Shown one piece after another: positions 63,369 to 64,000 of a DNA stretch of 64,000 bases. The stretch is from assembly GCA_030390025.1 (NCBI GenBank), contig CM059431.1, positions 109,060,001-109,124,000 of the forward strand. Reading direction: 5' to 3'. Made by a program: the position numbers and the translations under genes. Origin of the DNA: Squalus acanthias. Taxonomy: Eukaryota. The notes beneath the pieces are model-generated. The model was not told the origin of the DNA and made no database searches. It worked only from the letters and a program-made list of their open reading frames with translations. Position 1 is the stretch's first letter. Every line of letters begins with the position of its first letter.

Positions 63369-63557
63369 CAGCAACAACTTGCATTTATATAGCGCTTTTA
63401 ACCTCGTGAAACACCCCAAGGTGCTTCACAAATTATCAATCAAAATTTGACAATGAGCCGCTTAAGGAGACGTTCGGACAGGTGACCAAAAGCTCGGTCA
63501 AAGAGGTAGGTTTTATGCAGCGTCTTGAAGGAGGAGAGAGAGAGAGTGAGGTAGAGA
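63369..63557 (-). mobile_element. L2 tail fragment
   Basis: CAACTTGCATTTATATAGCGC..CAGGTGACCAAAAGCTCGGTCAAAGAGGTAGG. Confidence 0.8.
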
Positions 63558-63838
63558 TGATGTCGCTTTTTTTTTTAGCATCGAACAGAAGCACCAGGTC
63601 TTCAGGATGTGGGACAGGCCCCACCCTCCCACGCACATTTCAGCTGAGGAGAAGATCCGCTCCTGGCACTCTGATTTACATATTGTATGTATGACACTGC
63701 CAATGAAAGGAGTCCTCACTAGATTAATTCCTTTGTAAGTGAGAGCTGAGTTAATAATGTTTTATTTTTCACTTCCGACCCAGTTTTTGTCAGTGCAGCC
63801 AGGGTTGTTGTGGAATCTTAATTTGTTATCTCCATCAG

Positions 63839-64000
63839 AGAAAGAAAGAAAGACTTGCATTTATATAGCGCCTTTCACGACCACCGGACGTCTCAAAGCA
63901 ATTTACAGCCAATGAAGTACTTTTGGAGTGTAGCCACTGTTGTAATGTGGGATACGCGGGTGCCAATTTGCGCATAGCAAGCTCCCACAAACAGCAATGT
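63839..64000 (-). mobile_element. DeuSINE 3' end (runs off the window)
   Basis: AAAGAAAGACTTGCATTTATATAGCGCCTTTCACGACC... Confidence 0.88.

Overview
This is eukaryotic, repeat-rich DNA, intronic or intergenic, and most likely from a cartilaginous fish (shark). The taxon call is an inference from recalled repeat families: DeuSINE/SacSINE1-type tRNA SINEs, HER1/CR1 and L2 LINE tails, and an HE1-like fragment. No intact protein-coding gene is recognisable. The long ORFs in the track come from a ~2.5 kb C-rich 37-bp minisatellite or from LINE and transposase remnants. The window holds: about nine DeuSINE copies; many CR1, L2 and other non-LTR LINE 3' fragments; a decayed PIF/Harbinger transposon (transposase remnant, convergent second ORF, TIR); more than ten Harbinger-type MITEs (some with exact 3-bp TSDs) carrying conserved hairpins and promoter or splice motifs; an LF-SINE-like element; and several blocks that look like conserved non-coding elements or exons. 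The most striking signal is a set of very short (88-144 bp) insertions, three of them flanked by 9-17 bp target-site duplications. They carry minimal type I hammerhead ribozymes from two families, with covarying helix I and palindromic helix III, and look like Penelope-derived or retrozyme-like mini-elements. All family names come from recall and visual alignment; no searches were run.
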